Source: Eledone cirrhosa
Lineage: Eukaryota
Reading direction: 5' to 3'
Assembly (NCBI GenBank): GCA_964016885.1
Contig: OZ024740.1
Location: 374,170,001 to 374,234,000 of the forward strand
DNA: 64,000 bases
A program made the translations under genes and the position numbers. Below are positions 37,356-48,747 of the stretch, piece by piece (the stretch's first letter is position 1; each line of letters starts with the position of its first letter). The notes under the pieces were generated by a model. The model was not told where the DNA came from and made no database searches. It worked only from the letters and a program-made list of their open reading frames with translations.

Positions 37356-40300
37356 GTTGTTATTCCTTGAATCTCAGTCATTGATGTTGGTTAACTGGAA
37401 AGTCCGTTGGATTGAATATCAAGCCACTACCTGTAGCCTCAGATATTCAGGACGTATCGGAGGGTTCTTGCTGTTCCAAGCAAGCATGCCTTTTGAAGCG
37501 TTCCAAAAAGCGTGAAGGGGCCAATTTTCTTTAACCATTCCTGGAAACTTTTTGAGATAGTCCCCAGTGCGCCTATGACAATCGGGATCACTTTGACTTC
37601 ATGGCAGTTCCAAATCCTTTTCACCTCCCACTTTAGGTCCTGGTATCGGTTAATTTTCTCCCTCTCCTTCTCTTGCACTCTCGTGTCGAACGGGCAGGCC
37701 ACATCCACAATCAGACACGATCTTTTTTCTTTGTCCACAACCACCAGGTCAGGTCTATTGTGTTCCAGTTTTTTGTCCGTCTGTATCCTAAAATCCCACA
37801 GCACCTTCACCTGATTGTTCTCCATCACCGCCTCTGGCCTATGCTCATACCATTTCTCAGAATGTGGTAAATTGTTTACTTTGCACAGGTGCCAGTGGAT
37901 CACCCTGCCCATCACATCGTGTCTCCAGCCCTTATAGTGGGTCTGGGCTAGGTGTTTACACTCGGACACAACGTGAGCCACAGTCTCCTCTCTCTCTCCA
38001 CAGATCCTGCACAGTGGGCTAGCCTCCTCCTTGTAGATATGGTGCTTCAACCACTTCGTTTTGAGGGCCTGCTCCTGCGCAGCCATTATCATTCCTTCTG
38101 TAGCCTTTTTGAGGTCTCCTCTTCTCAACCAGTTCCATGTCTGTGGATCTCTAAATTCAGTTTTCTCAAAGAAGGTACTATGAAGGGATTTTCCCTTAAG
38201 GCTGCTCTTCCTCCTTGATGTTATTTCCTCCTTGGACATCACCTGGCCTACTGTCCCCTCCTTCAGTACAGTTCTGAGCATTGGTTCCTTACTATAGGTC
38301 ACGTATTTGTATAGGTTGTTTTTCTCCATCTGAACACAGTCCTCTATGCTGATAAGACCTCTTCCACCCTCAGATCTCCTTAGGTAGAGTCTATCGACAT
38401 CACTCCTCTTGTGGAACATGTTGTAGATAGTCAATAGCTTCCTAGTCTTCCTATCCATTTCTTTTTGTTCAGCAACATTCCATCTCAGAATTCCCGCACT
38501 GTACCTAATAATAGACACAGCTCGGGAATTTACTGCGCTTATGGCATTTCTGCTGTTCAGATGTGACTTCAATACGCTCCTTACTCTCCGAATGCATTCA
38601 GTTCTTAACAATTCCTTCATTTTTTTGTTCTTTATGCCATCAGCCTCCAGAACGCCCAAATACTTGTATCCTTCCTCAGAGTCAGTTTCCTTTATCATCT
38701 CACCTGTTGGTATCTGGATCCCGTTACTTCTGCTCAACCTACCCCTCTTCATCACAATGACTCCACATTTACCAATACCAAACTGCATACATATATCACT
38801 GCTGAAAATACGGACAGTGTCAACAAGCACATCCAACTCCTTCTCACTTTTCCCGAAGAGCTTAAGATCGTCCATGAAGAGGAGGTGATTGATGGTAAGC
38901 TCTCCCCTCCCCAGCTTGTATCCTGCTCTCACTTTTCGCAGCATAATGGTCAAGGGCATCAGGGCAAGGACAAACAACAGAGGGGACAGGCTATCTCCCT
39001 GGAAGATACCTCTCTTGATCTTCACGCTTCCCAAGGATACTCCAGTTGATGTCAACTCTGTCTCCCAGGACCCCATACTCCTGCCCAGCAACTGTCTGAT
39101 GTTATCTGCCACCCTGAAGATCTCCAGGCTTTTGGTGATCCAGGAATGAGGCACCATGTCAAATGCCTTTCTGTAGTCTATCCATCCCATGGCAAGATCA
39201 GTGTGTCTCCTCCTGCAATTCCCCATTACCATCTTATCAATAAGCAACTGGTCCTTTGTGCCACGTGACTTCTTTCGGCATCCTTTCTGTTCGTCCGGTA
39301 ACAAGTTGTTTGTGTGGAGGTGATGGTAGATTTCCTCAGACACAATGCTCGTCAACAGTTTCCACATTACGGGCAGACATGTGATAGGTCTATAGTTGGT
39401 AACATCATTACCCTTGATTCGGTCTTTCATTATCAGAACTGTGGTACCTTTTGTCAACCACTCTGGCACCTCACCCGACACCAAGCAGTCATTGAACATG
39501 GCCGTCAGCTTCGGGTGGAGGGATGTTAAATGTTTAATCCAATACCCCTGCACACCATCTGGGCCTGGTGATTTCCAGTTGGTTAGTTTTTTGGCTTGCC
39601 CCTTAAGAGTTTCAACTGTGATACTCAAATAAGTCTGTTGTTGTGCCTGCTCACCGATCTCCCTCTGTACTGTCTCAATCCACCCTGCCTGGGCATTGTG
39701 TCTAACATCCTGCTCCCATATTCCTCTCCAGAATGTTTTAGATTGTTCCGCCCCAGGGATCAAGTCGTTGCCTCTTTCTTTCCCCTCAAGCTGTCCAAAC
39801 AGCATCTTCTGGTTGTTGTCGAACATGCGGTTCTGTTTATACTGACTGACTCTGTTCTCGTATCGCCTGATTTTGGCACTCTTTGCTACAATGCGTTGCT
39901 TCAATTCCTCTATGATAATATTTAGCTTTTTACTCCTAGTTTTGTATTTTATTTCCAGTCTATTTTTAGTGCCTATGTTTTTTAGTGTCCCATTCAGTAG
40001 TGACTCAAGCTTTCCTATGTCATTTCTCATTTCCCCGATTTGCCCACTCAGTCGCTTCTTCCACCACGGCTCTGCTCTTTCTTGTCTGTTGTTTCCTCTC
40101 GCTTTTATACCAAGTAGTTTCCTCACCGTATTTGCTGTTGCTTTGAGGATATTGTTGCACTGGTGAAGGCTCCTCGCCTCAAGGTATGGGATGACTTTGT
40201 TTACCTTAGCTGTTGTTTCTTTTAACTTTTTCCTGTCTACAAATCTTAGGTTCATAGGTCTCCCACTATCATTGTTCAATTCATCTACCACTAAATTTAG

Positions 40301-40970
40301 GATGTCAACCGAATCTTGTCCTAGCCCGTCAGCATTCATTTCCTCAGTGGCCGTATCTCTGTTCCAGGTATTATTTATCTCAGTATTCAGATCATTGTCT
40401 GCTTCGGGTGGTTCCTCCGTTCTCAGGACCTCCTCACCTTCATTTCCCACTGGCTCGCTTGTCTGGCATACTACACCCGCCATCTCCAAGCCATTCTCTC
40501 TGCTCAGTTCCTCCAGTTCCAGCTCGCTTATCCACCCATTAGTTCTTATTACCCGAGCCTGCCCGGCCAATTTTTGTTCATCTAATTTAAATAAACCAAT
40601 CTCGTTCCAGATGTTATGCATCCGTCTCCTGTAGCCCCTCTCCTTGGGATTACTTTTCAGGTAGCATTGCATAACAGTTCTATTCAATTCTTTCGTCCAG
40701 TTGGTTCTGGCCCCTTTCCTTCTTCTTCTTCCTCCAACATCAGCAGTATTTGGTTGACAGTCAGGTTCCTGCTGCTGAGCCAGGGGGCACCTGTTGGGTG
40801 AGAGTCTGTCACATGACGTTCTAGTCTCCATTTCACCGTTATTCGAACTGTTTATGTTCGATATTTAAACACTCTTATCGAGGATTGGCGAATGTATAGT
40901 TACATAGCCATCTGTGGATCCGCCATCCCACTTGGCCCTTGTGTGGCATTATCGCCACGCTGTATACGAA
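37356..40970 (-). mobile_element. R4/Dong-like RLE retrotransposon, family B, intact (5' boundary approximate)
   Basis: Single uninterrupted 1130-aa ORF; short 3'UTR running into (TAA)n. Confidence 0.92.
37439..40831 (-). CDS. RT + CCHC finger + PD-(D/E)xK restriction-like endonuclease
   Basis: WKSPGPDG, YRPITCL, DYRKAFD, GIFQGDSLSP, FMDD, CRIC..ETVAHVVSEC, RHD, NRPDLV..IVDVACP..EKINRY. Confidence 0.95.
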   Translation of the reverse strand: METRTSCDRLSPNRCPLAQQQEPDCQPNTADVGGRRRRKGARTNWTKELNRTVMQCYLKSNPKERGYRRRMHNIWNEIGLFKLDEQKLAGQARVIRTNGWISELELEELSRENGLEMAGVVCQTSEPVGNEGEEVLRTEEPPEADNDLNTEINNTWNRDTATEEMNADGLGQDSVDILNLVVDELNNDSGRPMNLRFVDRKKLKETTAKVNKVIPYLEARSLHQCNNILKATANTVRKLLGIKARGNNRQERAEPWWKKRLSGQIGEMRNDIGKLESLLNGTLKNIGTKNRLEIKYKTRSKKLNIIIEELKQRIVAKSAKIRRYENRVSQYKQNRMFDNNQKMLFGQLEGKERGNDLIPGAEQSKTFWRGIWEQDVRHNAQAGWIETVQREIGEQAQQQTYLSITVETLKGQAKKLTNWKSPGPDGVQGYWIKHLTSLHPKLTAMFNDCLVSGEVPEWLTKGTTVLIMKDRIKGNDVTNYRPITCLPVMWKLLTSIVSEEIYHHLHTNNLLPDEQKGCRKKSRGTKDQLLIDKMVMGNCRRRHTDLAMGWIDYRKAFDMVPHSWITKSLEIFRVADNIRQLLGRSMGSWETELTSTGVSLGSVKIKRGIFQGDSLSPLLFVLALMPLTIMLRKVRAGYKLGRGELTINHLLFMDDLKLFGKSEKELDVLVDTVRIFSSDICMQFGIGKCGVIVMKRGRLSRSNGIQIPTGEMIKETDSEEGYKYLGVLEADGIKNKKMKELLRTECIRRVRSVLKSHLNSRNAISAVNSRAVSIIRYSAGILRWNVAEQKEMDRKTRKLLTIYNMFHKRSDVDRLYLRRSEGGRGLISIEDCVQMEKNNLYKYVTYSKEPMLRTVLKEGTVGQVMSKEEITSRRKSSLKGKSLHSTFFEKTEFRDPQTWNWLRRGDLKKATEGMIMAAQEQALKTKWLKHHIYKEEASPLCRICGEREETVAHVVSECKHLAQTHYKGWRHDVMGRVIHWHLCKVNNLPHSEKWYEHRPEAVMENNQVKVLWDFRIQTDKKLEHNRPDLVVVDKEKRSCLIVDVACPFDTRVQEKEREKINRYQDLKWEVKRIWNCHEVKVIPIVIGALGTISKSFQEWLKKIGPFTLFGTLQKACLLGTARTLRYVLNI

Positions 40971-41329
40971 CACACATAAACAAACAAACACACAGGCAGA
41001 AAGGGCCCCAAAAATGAATAAGCATAAGTTTCATTGTAATGTAGTGTTCGAATGTCTGACTTAGTTTTTGTTTTTTAAGTTTTACTTTTCCCCCCCTCTT
41101 CTCTGTCCGTCCGCCTGCTTCTCCCTTCATTCTTATTTTCTTTACGTTTTGGGGGTTTCTTTTTTTGTTTTTGTTTTTCTCTGTTTGTTTTTCTCGTTTT
41201 TGCTGTTGTTGCTGTGTTGCTTTGGTTTTGTTGTTTGTTTTTTCTTTTTTCTTTTGAGTCTATCTATATATTTTGATGCCTTCCTCTTTGTTAGTAGTAG
41301 GAATTCTATAAGGTGGAAGTAGCAGCCAG

Positions 41330-41915
41330 CAGGGGGAAGTGGGAGACTGGCGGCGGTAGCGATACTGAGACAGTGGTGGTGGTGATGTCGATACCGAGGC
41401 AGTGGTGGCGGTGATGTGACCGTATTACTGTAGTGATGGTGCTGTAGCGGTGGCAGTAGTGAAGGAGTCAAGGGGTGGTGGCGGCGGTGATGGGATAGTG
41501 GTGGTAATGATGGCCGTAGTGAGCGGTGGCGGTGAAGGTGAAAATGTCGTTATCTGGCTGTTGTGTTTAGTGTACACAGATGATGGGGTGGGTGGTGTAT
41601 CTAGTTTCTGGTGTTGGTGAGTTTACCTGTCCTATATAGTGTAGCCAGAGGAGAGGAGGGGGGGGGGGTTCTTCTTCTTCCATTTATAGCCATTTTCTTT
41701 TTTGGATATACAGTGTACAATACAAAGTTGAATATTTGAATATTTGAGCCTTATAACAATATATTTTGGGTCCGAATTTTGTGGGGCTCAAGCCGGGTGC
41801 TTTACGTAGCATTTGTACTAAGAGTTGTTATTTCACAAATGATTTAAATATGTTAAAAATTCAAAACTTACGGGAGCGATTTCATGACCTCCGTCACCTC
41901 GTGCGTCTTCTTCCC
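41330..41915. repeat. Spacer unit, copy 3 (right portion)
   Basis: GGT-rich tract and terminal block closely match 25410-25979. Confidence 0.8.

Positions 41916-41970
<55 letters not shown>
41916..41970 (+). repeat. (TAT)n microsatellite
   Basis: Seen directly. Confidence 0.95.
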
Positions 41971-43236
41971 GTTGTTATTCCTTGAATCTCAGTCATTGAT
42001 GTTGGTTAACTGGAAAGTCCGTTGGAATGAATATCAAGCCACTACCTGCAGCCTCAGATATTCAGGACGTATCGGAGGGTTCTTGCTGTTCCAAGCAAGC
42101 ATGCCTTTTGAAGCGTTCCAAAAAGCGTGAAAGGGCCGATTTTCTTTAACCATCCCTGGAAACCTTTGGAGATAGTCCCCAGTGCGCCTATGACAATCGG
42201 GATCACTTTGACTTCATGGCAGTTCCAAATCCTTTTCACCTCCCACTTTAGGTCCGGGTATCGGTTAATTTTCTCCCTCTCCTTCTCTTGCTCTCTCGTG
42301 TCGAAAGGGCAGGCCACATCCACAATCAGACACGATCTTTTTTCTTTGTCCACAACCACCAGGTCAGGTCTATTGTGTTCCAGTTTTTTGTCCGTCTGTA
42401 TCCTAAAATCCCACAGCACCTTCACCTGATTGTTCTCCATCACCGCCTCTGGCCTATGCTCATACCATTTCTCAGATTGTGGTAAATTGTTTACTTTGCA
42501 CAGGTGCCAGTGGATCGCCCTGCCCATCACGTCATGTCTCCAACCCTTATTGTGAGTCTGGGCTAGGTGTTTACACTCGGATACAATGTGAGCCACAGTC
42601 TCCTCTCTCTCTCCACAGATCCTGCACAGTGGGCTAGCCTCCTCCTTGTAAATATGGTGTTTCAACCATTTCGTTTTGAGTCCTGCTCCTGCTCAGCCAT
42701 TAACATTCCTTCTGTAGCCTTTTTAAGGTCTCCTCTTTTCAACCAGTTCCATGTCTGTGGATCTCTAAATTCAGTTTTCTCAAAGAATGTACTATGAAGG
42801 GATTTTTCCTGAAGGCTGCTCTTTCTCCTTGATGTTATTTCCTCCTTGGACATCCCCTGGCCTATTGTCCCCTCCTTCAGTACAGTTCTGAGCATTGGCT
42901 CCTTACTATCCGTCACGTATTTGTGTAGGTTGTTTTTCTCCATCTGAACACATTCCTCTATGCTGATAAGACCACTTCCACCCTCAGATCTCCTTATGTA
43001 GAGTCTATCGACATCACTCCTCTTATGGAACATGTTGTAGATAGTCAATAGCTTCCTAGTCTTCCTATCCATTTCTTTCTGTTCAGCAACATTCCATCTC
43101 AGAATTCCCGCACTGTACCTAATAATAGACACAGCTCGGGAATTTACTGTACTTATGGCATTCCTACTGTTCAGATGTGACTTTAATACGCTCCTTATTC
43201 TCCGAATGTATTCAGTTCTTATCAATTCCTTCATTT
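41971..43236 (-). mobile_element. R4/Dong-like family B, 5'-truncated, frameshifted
   Basis: ORFs 42662..43234 and 42054..42665 match the C-terminal third of the intact copy. Confidence 0.92.
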
Positions 43237-43402
43237 TTAATGTAAGGCGAGGGAAAAGTAATACAATCTTAATTCAAAACAAATCAAGAATAAAAACTGT
43301 GTTATCAAACTTTGTGTAAGTTGGGGAAAAAGCAATACGATCTTAATTCAAAATAAAATGAAGAAGTAATACTTAACCGTCAATTTGGGGAAAACTACAA
43401 AT

Positions 43403-43482
43403 GCGCTATATAGTCTTAAAAGACCATTTCACGAAACTTTTCAGTGGGATTAGTCACGGTTCGCATCGATCTTCAGTAGTGC
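43403..43482 (-). ncRNA. Type I hammerhead ribozyme motif
   Basis: gcacta-CUGAAGA-(stem II region)-GAAA-ugGUCUU/AAGACua-UA|uagcgc; stems I and III pair (one mismatch in stem I). Confidence 0.65.
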
Positions 43483-43736
43483 TCAACATAATAACTAAAT
43501 AATTACTGCTAAAATTCCGAGGGGAAAAAGATAATCAACTGGGAGTTAAAAGCCGACAAGCGAACAGCGTGTAGAAATGAAATAACAAAACAACACGTGA
43601 ACACAAACTAGTGATAGCGGGATGAGATGAGAAAGCAGTTTACAAGAAACCACGGTCTAACATTCCGAAAAAAAAAATATATATATATATTTGTTTTGCA
43701 AGACTTTTGATATGGAATCGTGTGTCGAACAAATAT

Positions 43737-45646
43737 GGTTATACTTGGGGAGGGTCATATTTTTGTAATAATATTGCCAGAAATAATAACAGAACACACT
43801 CACTGTTTGGTTGGTTTCCGCTTCTGTATCGTTTATATCTCCATAGTTAATTTATTTGGCAATCCATGTTTATCATTGACTGACCAATGGTCAAAAATAC
43901 AGATATGAATACATATATATAGTCTAACAAAGTTCTTTCGTTGCACATCTGCAACATCATCAGTGGTACCATTATGTTTCCTCCTGTTGTATTGTATGTC
44001 TACGCCATTTTTATTTTATCTATTTATTTATTTATTTATTTTGTCTTCGTCTCTAGGCATGCGTTTGCATGTGTGAACAGTGTTTGGTCTGTGTGTGTTC
44101 GCGTTTGGGTGTATGTGTTTTGGTTATTGTATTCTATCTTAGTTTACTAGTGTGTGTTTATGTGTTTGATATTATTGTGACTGTGTGTATATTTATTTAC
44201 TTTATCTATTTATATGTCTCTTATGTCAGTATTGTTTGATTGGGTGTTGTTTTTCCATTCATTTTTTTCTGTTTAGCTTGGGCTTTCTAAGCTCTATTTC
44301 GCTTGCTTCTCTGATTTGCCTACCTATTGGATCTTTTCTATGTTTAGATATTATTTTAATTTATACGTTGTCTATGTTACCGCCATGCTGTTGTCTGGCG
44401 TGTTTGTATAGTATTGAGCCGTTTTTTATCCTTTTAATTACCCCTAGTGTTGGTCTATTCTTTCTCATGTGCTTCGAACTGTCTCACCTATGTATGTTAT
44501 TGCCATGTTTCTGCAAGTACTCTCTGTACATCTTATGCTATAGAGTACATTTCTAGTTTTACAGTTTATCTGGGGTTTTTACTTTACATATAACACATTT
44601 CTTATTATTAAAGTGGGTTTTCTTAAAAGGGTATGTTTTGGTGATCAGGGATTTTATGGTGGTTCCTGGCTTTTCTACCACTTTAAATTTTAAGTGGGTC
44701 TTTCTCAGGACCTTTCTACATTGGTTAGCTAATTTCCCTGCAGGGGTAGCATCCACGAACATGAGACTCTGGCATCTCTGGTCGTTGCCCCATGAGATGG
44801 CTTTCCCTATCTTATGTTTAGTCCTATCTCAGCTATTCAATGGTTTGCTCCTATATAATGGGCAAATTCCATCCATATCCATTTCTATGAGGTTCTTATA
44901 CTTCTACGCGTCTCCTTTGTATACTCTGATTCAGTTTCTTTGGTTGTAGCCAGAGAACCGCATGCGGTTGATGAGGTGTTGGATGTGTCTTTCCATTTAT
45001 GTTGGGTCGCACATAAGAGTTACGTTCTTCATCACTCGGACCAAGTCTGCGATCAGAATATTAAAATTAGCACTACTGGAAATTGCTGAGATTTTGACTA
45101 TCAGCTATTTGGAGACCATTGGTTTAGCGTAGTGTGAGTGGAGAATTTGGGCTCTCTCGTCTATAGTGTTAATCCAGAGTTCCGTTTCTAATACAGGCAG
45201 TCTATTGTTAGGGTTATTGGAAGAGTCAATAGTTACAGATATACTCTTGTGTATGGAGCTAGCTATCTGCTGGATGCTTTCCATTGTGCTATATTCTAAA
45301 TCATGTTGGTTAGTACTCTCTTGTGGTGGGTGTCATTATTACTATATTAATATCGTCTACGTAACGAGAGTACATGATGAGGTCTATGGAGCTCTCTTCA
45401 AGGAAATCTTTGAGTCTCCTTTCCCACCATACCAGAAAAAGGTAGGCAATATCACCAGCTATGCTGACGCCAATGGCTGCTCCCTCATTTTGGGTGTAGA
45501 TCTTTTCATTGAATTTGAATATATGGCCCATTAGGGTAGATTTAATACTAGCCCCGATTGCATGCGCGACCATTTTTCTCACCTGATGATTGTTTTGGGG
45601 TGTCCGTATGGCAATATTATTACACGCATATGACCCTCCCCAAGTA

Positions 45647-45650
<4 letters not shown>
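43737..45650 (-). mobile_element. Degenerate Penelope-like element (RT + GIY-YIG; possibly Neptune-type)
   Basis: GAAIGVSIAG..YSRYVDD, HSHYAKPM, FVDATP..VVEKPG, YIGET..ERI.QH in broken frames; ~45 bp inverted copies at 43737-43780 and 45609-45650. Confidence 0.75.
43925..43968 (-). ncRNA. Minimal hammerhead ribozyme motif in the PLE 3' region
   Basis: uacca-CUGAUGA-u-GUUGCA gaug UGCAAC-GAAA-gaacUU|uguua. Confidence 0.6.

Positions 45651-45728
<78 letters not shown>
45651..45728. repeat. (TA)n(GA)n microsatellite
   Basis: Seen directly. Confidence 0.95.
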
Positions 45729-45731
<3 letters not shown>

Positions 45732-45806
45732 TTATGTAATAAACAACATGAAATAATTATTTCATTATACTCTGTTTTCAAATCCATATTACTAATTCAT
45801 AAATAA

Positions 45807-45875
45807 ATATTTTTTCTGATGAATGAAGACAGACGTACATATCTGTCTTCAAGAAACCACTGGTAAATTAAATAT
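45807..45875 (+). ncRNA. Hammerhead ribozyme motif (solo unit between microsatellites)
   Basis: CUGAUGA-a-UGAAGACAGA cguacaua UCUGUCUUCA-a-GAAA-CC acu GG-UA|; stem I weak and AT-rich. Confidence 0.6.
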
Positions 45876-45966
45876 ATACTTTATGTTGTTTACTACATAA
45901 TAAAATCTATGTAGCCCACATAGAGCACTCTCGTTTCCTTTACCTTTCCTACGGAAATACTTCATT

Positions 45967-45998
<32 letters not shown>

Positions 45999-46054
45999 TA
46001 AAAAAATAATGAATAAAACAATGAAACAGTTCCTTATATTAAACAAAAAAAAAG

Positions 46055-46207
46055 TTCATTATTTAACGATCGTTTCTAGGACATATATATGGTATAATTG
46101 GCATGCATATTCAACAGATCTATGTACAGAATTATACAAAATTATACAAACTATCAAATATAATATACATACCAACACATACATATGCCGTCTTCAGAAA
46201 TAATGAA
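46055..46207 (-). ncRNA. Hammerhead ribozyme with extended stem II (PLE 3' end)
   Basis: Reverse complement of 56011-56163. Confidence 0.78.
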
Positions 46208-46556
46208 ATATATTTATTGATAATAACAACAATTCAAAATTACAGGTCTGTTTGGGAACAGAGTTCAAATTGACCAATGAGATACACAAAAATATATCAA
46301 GAAAATACAGTTAGGTGTGTGTATATATGTAAGTAACTTCGTTCACAGATATGCATAAACATATATGTTCACATTCATACGCATGTCGGAAAAATATATG
46401 TAAATACAAAAATTCAGGGCTAATGTTTCTGTATGTTTATAATCTACAGATAAAATACACATACGTATATAAACATATATACATTCATATATACACACAT
46501 ATAGATACATTCACACACACACGCGCATATACACATAAACATACACATACCCACGA

Positions 46557-46587
<31 letters not shown>

Positions 46588-46806
46588 TATGTATATACTA
46601 TTATTATAACTATATGGATATTAAGGCGCACACATAAGCACTGCCACATATATTTACATCTAGATGCAGAAGTAGGTGAAGGGGGTCAGTAATTACTAAG
46701 GGTGTCAGACAACTGCCTATTTATAAAATGTATCTATGAATTTAGAAATAAAAAGAAATATATAAAAAAAATAAACAAGTAAAATATAAAATACACATCG
46801 ATATAC

Positions 46807-46838
<32 letters not shown>

Positions 46839-47312
46839 ACATATATATACATATATATACATATATATACATACATATATATATAGAGACACGTACATAT
46901 ACATATATAAATACATAGACACATATACATACACACATATATATATACATATATTCACAACACACATATATATATACACACATATATGTACATACACATA
47001 CACACATACATACATATATATATATATACATACACACACATATATATACACACATATATATATATATACATACACACACACATATATACACACACACACA
47101 TACATATACGTATATATACACACACATACACATATCCATGTATGTATATACACATACAACCACACGCTCACACAACTCAGACATACATAAATAAAGAGAT
47201 ATACATACACACATATACATATATATATATATAGAGAGAGATATATACATACACATAAATATACATACACACACACACACACATATACATACACATATGT
47301 ATATATATACAT

Positions 47313-47389
<77 letters not shown>

Positions 47390-47578
47390 TATATAAAAAT
47401 ATATAAATAAATAAATAAATAAATAAATACACACAGTCAGACAATTATGCACACATATATATATATACATATACATATCTCTACAAATATATATACACAT
47501 ACACACGCACACATACATATATACATACACACATACATATATAGACATATATATACACACACATATACATATATATAC

Positions 47579-47623
<45 letters not shown>

Positions 47624-48747
47624 CATACACACTTATTTACATGCGCACATATGTATTTTTATACTCACTTACAAACACCCAAACATACATACCTACTTAC
47701 ATACACATACATACATCCACGCTTACAAATACAAATAATTATAGGGGGGGGGATTAAAATTATTAGTGGGAAATAGTAAATATAGGTTTCAAGGAACATA
47801 GAATATTAATCTGCATTTAGATCATAATATCTGTTTACATAGTAGTTTCAGTATTAGGAAATGTAAGAAAAAAGGCAAAATTTTGCATTTTAATATAAGT
47901 AGACTATTAATTATAGGTTTACTAAATTAAAAATAGTTAATATATTGATTTCTAAGGTGTACACTACTCAGGTTTATAATATTTGAAGCGGAATTTTGAA
48001 GTTAAACAGTAGTAGAGTATTAATTATAGCATAACTAAATTAAAAATATTAACATTATGGTATCAATATTAGGAAATGAATTTAGTAATAGAGAAAACCA
48101 AATCAAGTATTTCATCGGTAGTAGAATATAAATTATAGGTTAACTAAATTAAAAATTATATATTAATTACTATAGTATATGTTAATTAGGTTTATAATAA
48201 TTAAAGCAGATTTTGTATTTTATCTATAGTAGAATATAATTATAGGTTAACAAAAATTAAAATTAATATATATATATATATATTTTTAATTGTAAAGAAT
48301 ATATTAATTAGGTATATATTTAAAAATTTATCTCAGTTTATGATTACATGATATTCTGCAATACATCTGTATTAGAATTTTAATTTTAAGCTAATTAAAT
48401 TAAAATTATAGGTTAACTAAATTAAAATTAATTTATAAATACATTTCTAAATTGTACATTAATTAGGTTTATAATATTAAAAAATATTTCTCTGTTATTG
48501 ATTACACGATATTTTGTTATATTTCATCTGTAAAGGAATTTTAATAAAGGTTAAATAAACTAAAATTAATCTATAAATTAATTTACAAAGTATATATTAA
48601 TTATGTTAATAATATTTAAAAGTTGTTCACAATTTATGATTACACAATATTTTTTAACCTCATCTGTAGTAGAATTTTAATTAAATTAAATTTATAGGTT
48701 AACTACATTTAAATTATATTATATATTAATTTCTAAAATATATATTA

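Noticed and set aside
269-40801. Recurrent antisense and alternate-frame ORFs inside the LINEs
   Set aside because: Shadows of the main ORFs; they recur only because the elements are repeated
40860-40970. HDV-like or twister ribozyme at the Dong-B 5' end (TCCTCG, GC-rich hairpins)
   Set aside because: Could not assemble the required helices by eye
1-43236. Telomeric retrotransposon array
   Set aside because: No TTAGGG/TTAGG repeats, and elements occur in both orientations
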